A stretch of DNA of 32,270 nt from a virus (Duplodnaviria; Caudoviricetes), in IMG/VR virus record IMGVR_UViG_3300044724_001206, positions 1 to 32,270 of that record. One strand, 5' to 3'. Under the pieces are notes generated by a model that saw only the letters and a list, made by a program, of their open reading frames with translations, had not been told where the DNA came from and ran no database searches. This document shows, piece by piece, positions 23,686 to 32,270 of the stretch. The position numbers were made by a program, and so were the translations under genes. How positions within the stretch are numbered: the first letter of the stretch is position 1; each line of letters begins with the position of its first letter.

Positions 23686-24143
23686 TGAAAATTATAGATA
23701 AACTAAGTACATACGCCGCGCTGATTGGAACCATATCGGTAATCGGTGGAGGATTTTATGCGTGGGGTGAGTTTAATACTAGACTTTCTGCTATAGAAGG
23801 TACGCCAGCCGTAAACTTACAGCCATTACAAAACAAAGATAAAGAATTAACAACCACAATCAATGATAATAAGATTGATTTAATTGATAGAATTAAAAAA
23901 GTAGAAGATAAAATTCAACCTGTTGATTTGACTACGGTATTTAAAGAGATTGGTAAAGTTAGAGAAGAAGTAGCTATGATTAACATTCCTAACATAGACG
24001 GTATTAAAAAAGATATCAAAGAAATAAATACTATCATAACAAGAATAGAAAAGAAACTAGCTATACTAGAAAAAGAAAAAGAAGTATTGGCGATAGAGAT
24101 AGAGGAGATTAAACTTGAATCCAATAATCCCTTATCTAATTAA
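23685..24143 (+). CDS. N-terminal TM plus long coiled coil protein (i-spanin-like architecture)
   Basis: YAALIGTISVIGGGFYAW TM followed by heptad-rich sequence. Confidence 0.7.
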   Translation: MKIIDKLSTYAALIGTISVIGGGFYAWGEFNTRLSAIEGTPAVNLQPLQNKDKELTTTINDNKIDLIDRIKKVEDKIQPVDLTTVFKEIGKVREEVAMINIPNIDGIKKDIKEINTIITRIEKKLAILEKEKEVLAIEIEEIKLESNNPLSN

Positions 24144-27100
24144 TCTAACCCAAGCCTAATTCTTATATTACGCTTTTCATTATAATTCTTAATGCCCCCT
24201 TTTTCAAGTCTATAATTAGGATACACAGCTTGCAAAGCTTGATCAAATAGTCTCTCCAAGTCTGGAGTAAACACCATATGAGGAGGGACTTTACTGTTAA
24301 ACTTCATAATGTCTTTAGTAATCTCTTGTATCTTAGCTTGAGCGTCTAGTATTCTAGAAGTATCTCCTTCTTTTTGTGCCAATATAATATCTCTATAAGC
24401 ATTAGTAATTCGTGCGTTCATTCTTTGTCTATAACCAGATGTTGCACCACCTACTTTCTTTTCTAAATACAAAGCTTCTCTAGCTTTGGCAATCTTGTTT
24501 GGTGTATAACCCATAGATTGTATAAAAGCTTCTGTTAAACCTAGGTCTTCATTCAATACAACACCGTAACCTGTATACGCTTCCCCGTTGTACGCATAGT
24601 TAATTCCTTTGCCCACATTTTTTACGGCGTTTGGAAATAAATTCATTATCATTGCTCCGTAGTTACCCTCACGTATACCATCATTGATAACAGATCTTGC
24701 GGCACTCATATAAACAGAACCTGCTGCACCTAAGAACTCTTCCGCTCTAGCGCCAGTGGTTAATCCAAGTGTAGATAAACCAGCACGCACTTGTGTTGAC
24801 CAAGGCAAGTTACCAAAACCAATACGTCTTTGTATATCGATATTAGCAAAAGCATTAAATCCACCAGCTGTAGCAAACTCTATCATCTTAGGGCTAAAAC
24901 CTATTTCATATAACATTTTTCTAAACTCATCACGGATATCAGAATCTAAACCAGTTGCTAGTTTTCTAAACTCATTGTACATATCTTCCGCATCTTCACC
25001 ACCGGGTAATGCGAACAAACCACCTGTTAATAATATCATTAATGCCATACGCGCTAAAGTTTTTCTAGCTACTCTATTCTGTATTCTTGTTCTATTTGGA
25101 TACAAAGATTGAACACGGTATCCTTCCACTGTTTTTCTAATGGTCGGTGGGTTTAACATTTTAAACATCATACCAGTCATTTGAGAAACATAGGTCATAA
25201 ATAATCCAAAGACAGCACCAATACCTCGGCCAATGTTTTGTCTATTTATTTTACCATACACACCAAATGTTTCATTCGTAATAAATCTTGCCAGTATTTC
25301 TGGAGTTAATACGCCGTCATTCTTTTCAATTTGGAATTGGAAGTCTGCATTGTCAGCATATAGTTTCTTAGCTTGTTCTAACATTTTTGGATTAGCTGTA
25401 GCCATTCTCATGGTAGCAACAAACGCAGAGATACGTGAGAAAGCTTCGAAAGTATTGAATGCTCCACCTACGATAGTATTCTCAACTATCCTAAACGCTT
25501 GTTGTGCTTGGCTGCCGCCCATCATTTGCGTAACACCTGATTCCTGTATTGCCTGTCCTTGCTTAATAGTACCGTCAGCTACTGCGCGGAGCACTGCGTC
25601 TTTTACATCGGAAGGTAACTCATCAAGGTTAAGCATTGCATCTTCAAAAGCACTGCCTTTGACTGCCCCCCTAACCACCATTTTAGATGCCACTGCAAAA
25701 GAATCACCCAAGGCTTTGGTAACTTTTGCAAAACCAACACCCGGTAGAAAGCTAGGGTTAGCTAACTCCGCTAGTATAGGCCCCGTAAATTGCACCGCAC
25801 TGATTGTTTGTAAGAAAGCAGATGATAAATTTCCACCCAGATACCACCAGAAACCCATTCGTCTCGTACGCCCCCATTCTTGAGCCGGATCATCCGAGTA
25901 ATCCATCCATCTAGTGACAGCTTTCTGTAAATTAGAATCTCCTACTTCAAGAGAATAATCATTGACATTCTTATAATTCATAACAATATTTTTGTTGAAT
26001 CTATTTTGTGCGGATTGATTGGCAAAGCCCGAAATAAACTGTAATGTTGCTCGTGTAAAGTCTGGATCGTAACCCGGCACACCTTCTGCCCCTACTTGTT
26101 TATTTCTAGGCATGTAGAAATTTTTAAATGGCGCAACAAATCCTGTTTCTTTTTCTTTAAGTTCTTGTATATCTATTTTTAATTTTTTATAAAATTCTTT
26201 TCTAAGTTGTGCGTATTGTTTTGCATTTGTTCCTGATAAGAATCCAGAAATAGTATCAATAGAATCTATTTCTTTACTAAATATTTTTCTAATTTGGTCA
26301 ATAGTAATTAACGTTGGTTCACTTACTTGTGCGTCTGGATATTTTAATTTTAATTGTTCAGCTATGCCTCTAGCTTTTCTTTGTATTCCAAAACCACCCG
26401 GCACATCACTTTCAATTTGTTCATACCATATTAATTTACCATCGGTATCTTTTACAGAAATAAAGTATGTACCATATCTCATCAAAGGAGCGTAGTCGTC
26501 TTTAATTCTATCCTCATATGCTTGGGCTTGTGTCATAAAACCTTCAGATAATCTTCTTTGTATGTTAATTAAATTAGTTAAATCTTCTTCGGTCATTGTG
26601 ATACCAGTATCTATTGTATATAATCTGTTTTGATATCTAGTTGCTATAGCTTGTAATTGATCTAATAAAAATTGACCATCAGCTAATTTCATATTTTCTA
26701 ATATATCAGTAGCAGCTTCTGGTTTTAAACCTGTTAAATCTGGAATGCCTTGTGTACCCGGTAAAAATTTATTGATAAAAGTAATGGCATCTTTTATATG
26801 AACATGGTATTCACCTGCAATCATGTCACGCAAAATTTGTTCATTAATCATACCCATGGTCATGGTATAATTTTCATAAGCCAAAGCTACGTCACCTGTT
26901 AATACGATTGTTTCACCAGCTTTTACTGATTCGTTTTTATCACTGCTGTTAGAGGGGGCAGTTAAGACAATCTCGTCTTGAGCATTTCGTCTATACCTTC
27001 CGCCTGTCATCTGTGCAATGATATGTGCTTTGTTTAATGCTTCAGCAGCTGCCGGATCTTGTTTAATTCGTAAGTATACATCTCCAAGCATAGAAGAGAA

Positions 27101-30100
27101 GCGCATGGTTAGCATATTGATGTATCCGTTCTTCATCTGTACCGCGTTAAACAAAGGCGTAAAGACTGGATAGTCAGCGGCAATTCTTCTAAAGTGCCCG
27201 ATAAATCTAGAAAGCACGTTCATCTTTATTGGTGTAGTTTCTTTAGCTGTACCCTCTAATTCTTCTTTCATTTGCTTAGAATACTTTTCTATATTTCTAA
27301 TATATTTTCTTCTTTCTTGTCTCGTTAATGGTACATATTTATTTAATGGCGATGCGCCCGGATCATTGTACATTTTAACTTCTTTTCGTTTAGACTGAGC
27401 GGCCCTATTATTCGCGGCGTTTTGTACAGAGGCATCACGTTGTCCAATAATACCAGCATCAATCATTTCAAATATATCTGTTACTTCATTAAATCCAGAT
27501 GTACGAAGTGCGCCAGCTAAGCTAAAAATAAAGGCTTTAATTCTTTGGAATGCTCTACCTAATATAGAACCAAAAGTATTTCTGTTAACCATGTAATGCG
27601 CAAATGCTTCAGAGATAGCTTCTTCAATTTGTTCTTCTTGTGATAACTCTGGATATTTTTCTTTAATATTGAATTGATCTATCCAAGTTGTTCTTGCCGC
27701 TTCTTGTAATGATTTGTATTCTTCCGCTGTAAATAAACCTAAATCTTTTAAAGCATGTATTACTTCATGGTGCAAGGTATATAGTGTTGCATCTTGTTGA
27801 TTGTTATAGATGTCAGCGTCTGGTCTAGCATTAAGGGATATCTGTACTAATCGTTGACCAATTAAATATTTACCATTAACTTCAAAACCATCTGATGATA
27901 ATACTCTATCTAATACATCCAATTGAAACTTACTTAAACCTAATGCATCTAATCGACGTCTTAGTAATTGTGCTACTTTAATTGCATTGTCTTTAAACGT
28001 TTCACGTAGTCTAGGTTGTGCATTAGACATTACTGACCAACGCTCTGCTTTAGCTTTTATTTTTCTACGTTTAGTTATTGTTTCTGTTTGATCTAATCGC
28101 TTTCTTAAAGCGGCCAAACCTTTGACAGTACCATTAAATGTTTCCCAATTAGTAATAGGTTCTAAACTTAAAGACATAAGCAATTGATTAAGCCGTGCTC
28201 TGTTTCTCATTGCTCTTGTAATTAAACCACGATACGCCGCTAGTTGTTCTTCAACAAGTCTTCTTACATTAGGGTCAGGCGAGTTGAGTCTTTCGTCTCT
28301 TTGTAAATTATTAATAGCTTGTTCGGCGGTTCGGATAGCTTGCGGTGATCCAATCATTAATAAAGAAAACGGCGAACCTTTTGGTGCAAAAGGATTTTCT
28401 AATATGTGATACCCTTTATCTTTTAATTGTTTTAATTGTTGTTTAATTATTACTCTTGCTATCGGATCACTAGTAGATCTAAGTTCACTTTCTTTTCCTT
28501 TAACCGCTTCTAATAATGCTGGATAATATGGAGAGCCTGCAATTTTCCAACCTCTTGCATCAAGCGATTGAACTAATTCTCTGATTTCATTAAAACGTTG
28601 AGAGATATTCATGTTAAAAACATAAGTCGGTTTAGCATTTGGGTCAGCTAGTTTTTCTCCTGTAATACTAGAACGTTCTTCTGGTGTTAATGGTTCTATA
28701 ACTTCTACTTTTTCATCTACAATAGCTTCGTATTCCCTTGCAGATTTGGTAACAACATCTTCAAATCGTCTTTTATTATCAATGATATCTCTTAGACGTC
28801 TCATTCCTCGAGTTGTATTGGCAACGGGTGTAGTATCGTTAAGATGACGATTAATAGTTTCTTCTCCAAGTGGCCCGTTGAATCCTAATTCACTTAGTGT
28901 TTCTCTATCTTTCTTTGATATTTGATTTGAGTTTTTACCTTTGGCTTCTTCCTTTAATTGTTTTCGTCTTATTGCTGGATAAAATTTATTAACTGCTTCT
29001 CTTAATTTATCACCTTCTAATCCTTCAAATTGTTTATAAAATAAAGGCAATAAATAACCTTGATACTCCGTAGGTTTTAAAATTGCACGTTCTTCTTCAG
29101 GTTCTAACAACCACTCTTTTTCAGCTTCATCAGCTTTCTTTTGTCTATCTCTGCCTGTCTCTATTTCTTTCGCTATACGTTCTACTTCTTCTTCTCTATT
29201 TAAATAGTTATCCACTGCTTTATTGGTAGCTTCAGGAAGTACGTTTATTTGATTTAATTTCTTTTTACTTGCTTCGTATTCTTTTTTATTTTCTGGTGTA
29301 GCTTCTAGTTCTGGGTCAATTTCACCATCGTATTTATAATCAATCCCTGTTACTTCTGTTTTAACTTTTGGCGTCCTTTTAAAGATTGCGCCAATGTCTT
29401 CAATCGGAACAAACATTGCAGAAACGGTACCATCTTCTAACTGTTGATCTTGATAACCAATAACAAAATCGGTATCAGTATTACCTAACAATTTTAATTT
29501 AGGATCTTCTATCTTCTTGTCTGATTCTTTTCCTGTAAGTTGGCCCGCGTTATACACACCCGCTACACTTACATCGTCGTTAAATTCTAAATCAGAATCT
29601 TTTAGCAAATCTGGATTCTGATCAAAACTTCCAAACTTACCTTTAAACTCCGGGTCTGCCCCCTTAGCACCAAACTGTTTAAATGCCTTAACGGTAGGAC
29701 TAACTACACCAAAACCAAAACCACCAAAGAACCCAGCTGCCGCCGCTTCACCTATCTGTTTTACAAACTCTTTATTTTGATAAACTTCTTCAAAAGATTT
29801 ACCTGCTTGCAAAAATTCACCACCGGTAATATTAAGAGTTTCTTGTATTGATTCGGCAACTGCTTCACCGGCTCCTGTTTTTGCCATAGAAGTTGCTAAG
29901 TCTTTAGGATACTGCAAACCTTTCTTTAAAACTTTATTTTTAACTTCTTGCATTTCATTGGATTTCATTAAGTTATTTTTGAAAGTATTTTTACCAACAG
30001 TCTTACTCAAGAATGCATTTGATGCACCAAACAATCTTTCTGCGTAAGAATATGGCACAGCTAAAGCAAATGCTATTGCAGCATTAGGATCTTCTTCATC

Positions 30101-30742
30101 AGCCGCATCTATTTGAGCACCATAAAGGTCACCAAGAGCCATAGGATAAGCAGATAAAAAATAGCCAGTTTTACCTCCTATAGCAGCACCCACAGGCCCA
30201 CCTGCTAAAAATCCTGCGCCCGCCCCAGCTAATGTTGATAACGCTATAGGTATAACAGACATAGCTGTTTGTCCCATAGTTGAACCTAAGTATCGAGAAA
30301 AAGCTGTAAATTGTTTTTCATCATTTAAAACTTCTTCTACACTTCTTGGTCTAGGTATTATAGAACCATCTTCTTGTTGTCTAAAAATGTATGCCGATTG
30401 ATCTAATCTATATTGCTCATAAGCTTTTAGAGCTTCTTGCTGTTTTTCTTCTGCGCCAAAAACATCGTACATAGCGCCCATTACATTGGTGCCTATAGCT
30501 TTTAAATTAGTAAGGGTACTTTTAGCACTGGAAACAAAAGCATTATCATTAAGATTATCAGGTTGGAGCATGTCCACCGGTTGTAAGCCATACTTATATT
30601 CAAATCCGTTGACTTTCATAAAGTCTTCGAACTCACCTGATTTTAAAATGTTGACTATTTCTTCTGGATTAGCATCGGCATCGACCTTAAGCCTAGGCGC
30701 TTTAGGTGTATCAAACGTAATGTACTTTACTTTTTCTGCCAT
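24140..30742 (-). CDS. 2200 aa internal virion/ejection (polyvalent-type) protein with a zincin-like HEXXH domain
   Basis: Gly-zipper TM segments near the N-terminus, HHEVIH...EEAISE motif, C-terminal helical/membrane region; last of three ejection-type genes. Confidence 0.8.
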   Translation of the reverse strand: MAEKVKYITFDTPKAPRLKVDADANPEEIVNILKSGEFEDFMKVNGFEYKYGLQPVDMLQPDNLNDNAFVSSAKSTLTNLKAIGTNVMGAMYDVFGAEEKQQEALKAYEQYRLDQSAYIFRQQEDGSIIPRPRSVEEVLNDEKQFTAFSRYLGSTMGQTAMSVIPIALSTLAGAGAGFLAGGPVGAAIGGKTGYFLSAYPMALGDLYGAQIDAADEEDPNAAIAFALAVPYSYAERLFGASNAFLSKTVGKNTFKNNLMKSNEMQEVKNKVLKKGLQYPKDLATSMAKTGAGEAVAESIQETLNITGGEFLQAGKSFEEVYQNKEFVKQIGEAAAAGFFGGFGFGVVSPTVKAFKQFGAKGADPEFKGKFGSFDQNPDLLKDSDLEFNDDVSVAGVYNAGQLTGKESDKKIEDPKLKLLGNTDTDFVIGYQDQQLEDGTVSAMFVPIEDIGAIFKRTPKVKTEVTGIDYKYDGEIDPELEATPENKKEYEASKKKLNQINVLPEATNKAVDNYLNREEEVERIAKEIETGRDRQKKADEAEKEWLLEPEEERAILKPTEYQGYLLPLFYKQFEGLEGDKLREAVNKFYPAIRRKQLKEEAKGKNSNQISKKDRETLSELGFNGPLGEETINRHLNDTTPVANTTRGMRRLRDIIDNKRRFEDVVTKSAREYEAIVDEKVEVIEPLTPEERSSITGEKLADPNAKPTYVFNMNISQRFNEIRELVQSLDARGWKIAGSPYYPALLEAVKGKESELRSTSDPIARVIIKQQLKQLKDKGYHILENPFAPKGSPFSLLMIGSPQAIRTAEQAINNLQRDERLNSPDPNVRRLVEEQLAAYRGLITRAMRNRARLNQLLMSLSLEPITNWETFNGTVKGLAALRKRLDQTETITKRRKIKAKAERWSVMSNAQPRLRETFKDNAIKVAQLLRRRLDALGLSKFQLDVLDRVLSSDGFEVNGKYLIGQRLVQISLNARPDADIYNNQQDATLYTLHHEVIHALKDLGLFTAEEYKSLQEAARTTWIDQFNIKEKYPELSQEEQIEEAISEAFAHYMVNRNTFGSILGRAFQRIKAFIFSLAGALRTSGFNEVTDIFEMIDAGIIGQRDASVQNAANNRAAQSKRKEVKMYNDPGASPLNKYVPLTRQERRKYIRNIEKYSKQMKEELEGTAKETTPIKMNVLSRFIGHFRRIAADYPVFTPLFNAVQMKNGYINMLTMRFSSMLGDVYLRIKQDPAAAEALNKAHIIAQMTGGRYRRNAQDEIVLTAPSNSSDKNESVKAGETIVLTGDVALAYENYTMTMGMINEQILRDMIAGEYHVHIKDAITFINKFLPGTQGIPDLTGLKPEAATDILENMKLADGQFLLDQLQAIATRYQNRLYTIDTGITMTEEDLTNLINIQRRLSEGFMTQAQAYEDRIKDDYAPLMRYGTYFISVKDTDGKLIWYEQIESDVPGGFGIQRKARGIAEQLKLKYPDAQVSEPTLITIDQIRKIFSKEIDSIDTISGFLSGTNAKQYAQLRKEFYKKLKIDIQELKEKETGFVAPFKNFYMPRNKQVGAEGVPGYDPDFTRATLQFISGFANQSAQNRFNKNIVMNYKNVNDYSLEVGDSNLQKAVTRWMDYSDDPAQEWGRTRRMGFWWYLGGNLSSAFLQTISAVQFTGPILAELANPSFLPGVGFAKVTKALGDSFAVASKMVVRGAVKGSAFEDAMLNLDELPSDVKDAVLRAVADGTIKQGQAIQESGVTQMMGGSQAQQAFRIVENTIVGGAFNTFEAFSRISAFVATMRMATANPKMLEQAKKLYADNADFQFQIEKNDGVLTPEILARFITNETFGVYGKINRQNIGRGIGAVFGLFMTYVSQMTGMMFKMLNPPTIRKTVEGYRVQSLYPNRTRIQNRVARKTLARMALMILLTGGLFALPGGEDAEDMYNEFRKLATGLDSDIRDEFRKMLYEIGFSPKMIEFATAGGFNAFANIDIQRRIGFGNLPWSTQVRAGLSTLGLTTGARAEEFLGAAGSVYMSAARSVINDGIREGNYGAMIMNLFPNAVKNVGKGINYAYNGEAYTGYGVVLNEDLGLTEAFIQSMGYTPNKIAKAREALYLEKKVGGATSGYRQRMNARITNAYRDIILAQKEGDTSRILDAQAKIQEITKDIMKFNSKVPPHMVFTPDLERLFDQALQAVYPNYRLEKGGIKNYNEKRNIRIRLGLD

Positions 30743-30760
30743 GCCTTACAAAATGTATTC

Positions 30761-30774
30761 AGGGGTTGCCCCCT
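30761..30774 (-). promoter_or_regulatory. Small GNRA-loop hairpin in the intergenic gap
   Basis: Minus strand AGGGG-GCAA-CCCCT, upstream of ATG 30742. Confidence 0.4.
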
Positions 30775-30791
30775 TAGTGTTAATTAAGTTT

Positions 30792-31748
30792 TCAACCACC
30801 TTGTTTAGTGGTGGCATCAAACTCTTTCATTAAATCGGTATAACTCTGACTTGTCGAACCATCTCCGGTTCCAAGTAATTCTTGTAACTGACTTCTATAT
30901 GCGTCTCTTTCAGAAATTAATTCTTGTCTAACATTTTGATCAGTTTCAAATCTTAATCTTTCTCCAACGTCTCTAAGTAATTCTGATATTGCAATGGTTG
31001 ATTCACCAATATTTGCAAGACGTAATCTGTTAGAAATGAAGTCATTGTATGCAGTACTGCCCGGCCTTAAACCTCTCTTTTCTGCTTCGTCATAAACATT
31101 TTTCATTGTTGATGTATAGTATTGTTCAGGATTCATTGCCTTTTGAGCTTGTGCATATTTCAATGCCGCATCAGCCGCCGCCGCTTGTTGAGCAGAATAT
31201 TGAGTTTCTCCTTTTTCTATGCCCGCAGATATATCAGATAGTAAACCTCTAGCTTCACCCGGCTGTGTTGGTCTTACTAATTCTCTACCAACTGATCCTA
31301 ACATATCAAATAGTTTATTTCTTGCACTTTCATTCTTTGATAAGTATTCACCGAGTTTACCAAACGGCCCTTCATACTTTGGATCTGGTTCAGGTTTAGG
31401 CTTTGGGACAATTCTATTAGGATCAGCCTCTTTTAATTCATCGGATATATCCATACGATCCATACGTATTTGTTGTTTTTCAGTGCCACCTCGGCCAAAC
31501 GTTGTTGGAAATAATTGAGGTTGATCTATTGTTTTCTTAAGTAATTTATCTAAATCGTTTTGTATTCTTTTTCTAGCGGTTTCATTTTCAACAGTTTCTA
31601 ATAATTTTTGTAATCTAATTATTTCTGCTGTATTCTTTTCAGACGCTTCACCAAAACTAATATCTCTACTTTTTACCGGCATAGTAGCAGGCATATCACC
31701 AACTGCTATATCTGTTCCATATTTTCTAATAAACTCTTCTATCTTCAT
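30792..31748 (-). CDS. Probable internal virion/ejection protein
   Basis: 318 aa helical protein with an A/Q-rich segment, between the pilot-like gene and the giant virion gene. Confidence 0.65.
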   Translation of the reverse strand: MKIEEFIRKYGTDIAVGDMPATMPVKSRDISFGEASEKNTAEIIRLQKLLETVENETARKRIQNDLDKLLKKTIDQPQLFPTTFGRGGTEKQQIRMDRMDISDELKEADPNRIVPKPKPEPDPKYEGPFGKLGEYLSKNESARNKLFDMLGSVGRELVRPTQPGEARGLLSDISAGIEKGETQYSAQQAAAADAALKYAQAQKAMNPEQYYTSTMKNVYDEAEKRGLRPGSTAYNDFISNRLRLANIGESTIAISELLRDVGERLRFETDQNVRQELISERDAYRSQLQELLGTGDGSTSQSYTDLMKEFDATTKQGG

Positions 31749-31752
31749 TTAT

Positions 31753-32270
31753 TTAACCCATTGGTGATTTAAACGGTTGCCATCCAAGACCTGCCGCCGC
31801 ACCTAAACCTTGTAAGCCAAAGCCTAATAGCTGTTGACCAATAGGTGCACGAGTTTGTCCCGGTGACGTAGTTACTCTTTGTTCAGGGAATGCAGCACCT
31901 CTAATAATATTAGATACAAACCCTAACTGTTCTTTTGGATATTGTTGCTCTCTTAAGAAATCACTGTAAGCGATGTCTAAACCTTTTTGTTGTTGCTCTC
32001 TTTGTAAAGCACCAATACCTAATCTTTGAGCTACGTCCGACGCACCAAGTTGTGCGGCTGTTGCAGCCGTTGTACCCATGCCAAGGGCTGATCGTAATTG
32101 TTGTTCTCTATCTTTTTGTGATGCCGCTAAAGCAGTTTTGTAAGCATCTGCTTGTGCTGTTGCATATAAATCGCCAAGACCCTGCGTCAAACCTTTTTGT
32201 CTTTCAGCTTCCAATACAGCAAAACGTGAGGAATCAAGTCCACCCGCACCCACTGCTTGCGCTGCAATTT
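31753..32270 (-). CDS. DNA pilot/ejection protein, C-terminal part (open to window edge)
   Basis: G/A/Q-rich; G..Q...QQ..LD.AY..FL..Q.YP..QL motif and C-terminal Gly-zipper; no stop up to the window end. Confidence 0.7.
   Translation of the reverse strand, partial: IAAQAVGAGGLDSSRFAVLEAERQKGLTQGLGDLYATAQADAYKTALAASQKDREQQLRSALGMGTTAATAAQLGASDVAQRLGIGALQREQQQKGLDIAYSDFLREQQYPKEQLGFVSNIIRGAAFPEQRVTTSPGQTRAPIGQQLLGFGLQGLGAAAGLGWQPFKSPMG

Noticed and set aside
24756-25883. Plus-strand ORFs 24756-25112 and 25233-25883, and the other antisense or nested track ORFs inside long genes
   Set aside because: Shadow frames of well-supported genes, with no RBS or motifs.

Overview
A 32 kb segment of an AT-rich tailed dsDNA phage genome, most likely a podovirus of a marine Gram-negative host (host is inference). 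Left to right: (1) a partial terminase small subunit on the minus strand, missed by the ORF track; (2) a ~690 bp non-coding control/terminus region with divergent sigma70-type promoters, a structured ~100 nt RNA candidate and short repeat arrays; (3) plus-strand early genes, including an amidoligase, a class II glutamine amidotransferase and a gamma-glutamylcyclotransferase; (4) an inverted-iteron/AT-rich origin-like element at ~4.73-4.92 kb; (5) recombination and replication genes: Cas4/RecB-like nuclease, Sak4-like ATPase, SSB-like protein, a family A polymerase split over two genes (pseudo-UDG fusion, His at the 762-equivalent site), a DUF3987-like ATPase, and no recognisable primase; (6) class I ribonucleotide reductase and an HTH-metallophosphoesterase; (7) a lysis/envelope cluster containing an unannotated metallothionein-like ORF; (8) convergent minus-strand virion ejection proteins. 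The strongest unexplained signals are a GGGGGCA(G) motif (at least 25 copies by hand count, in all reading frames), the origin-like element, the split exonuclease active site and the CA-loop small RNA. All family assignments are from motif recognition by eye, not database searches.
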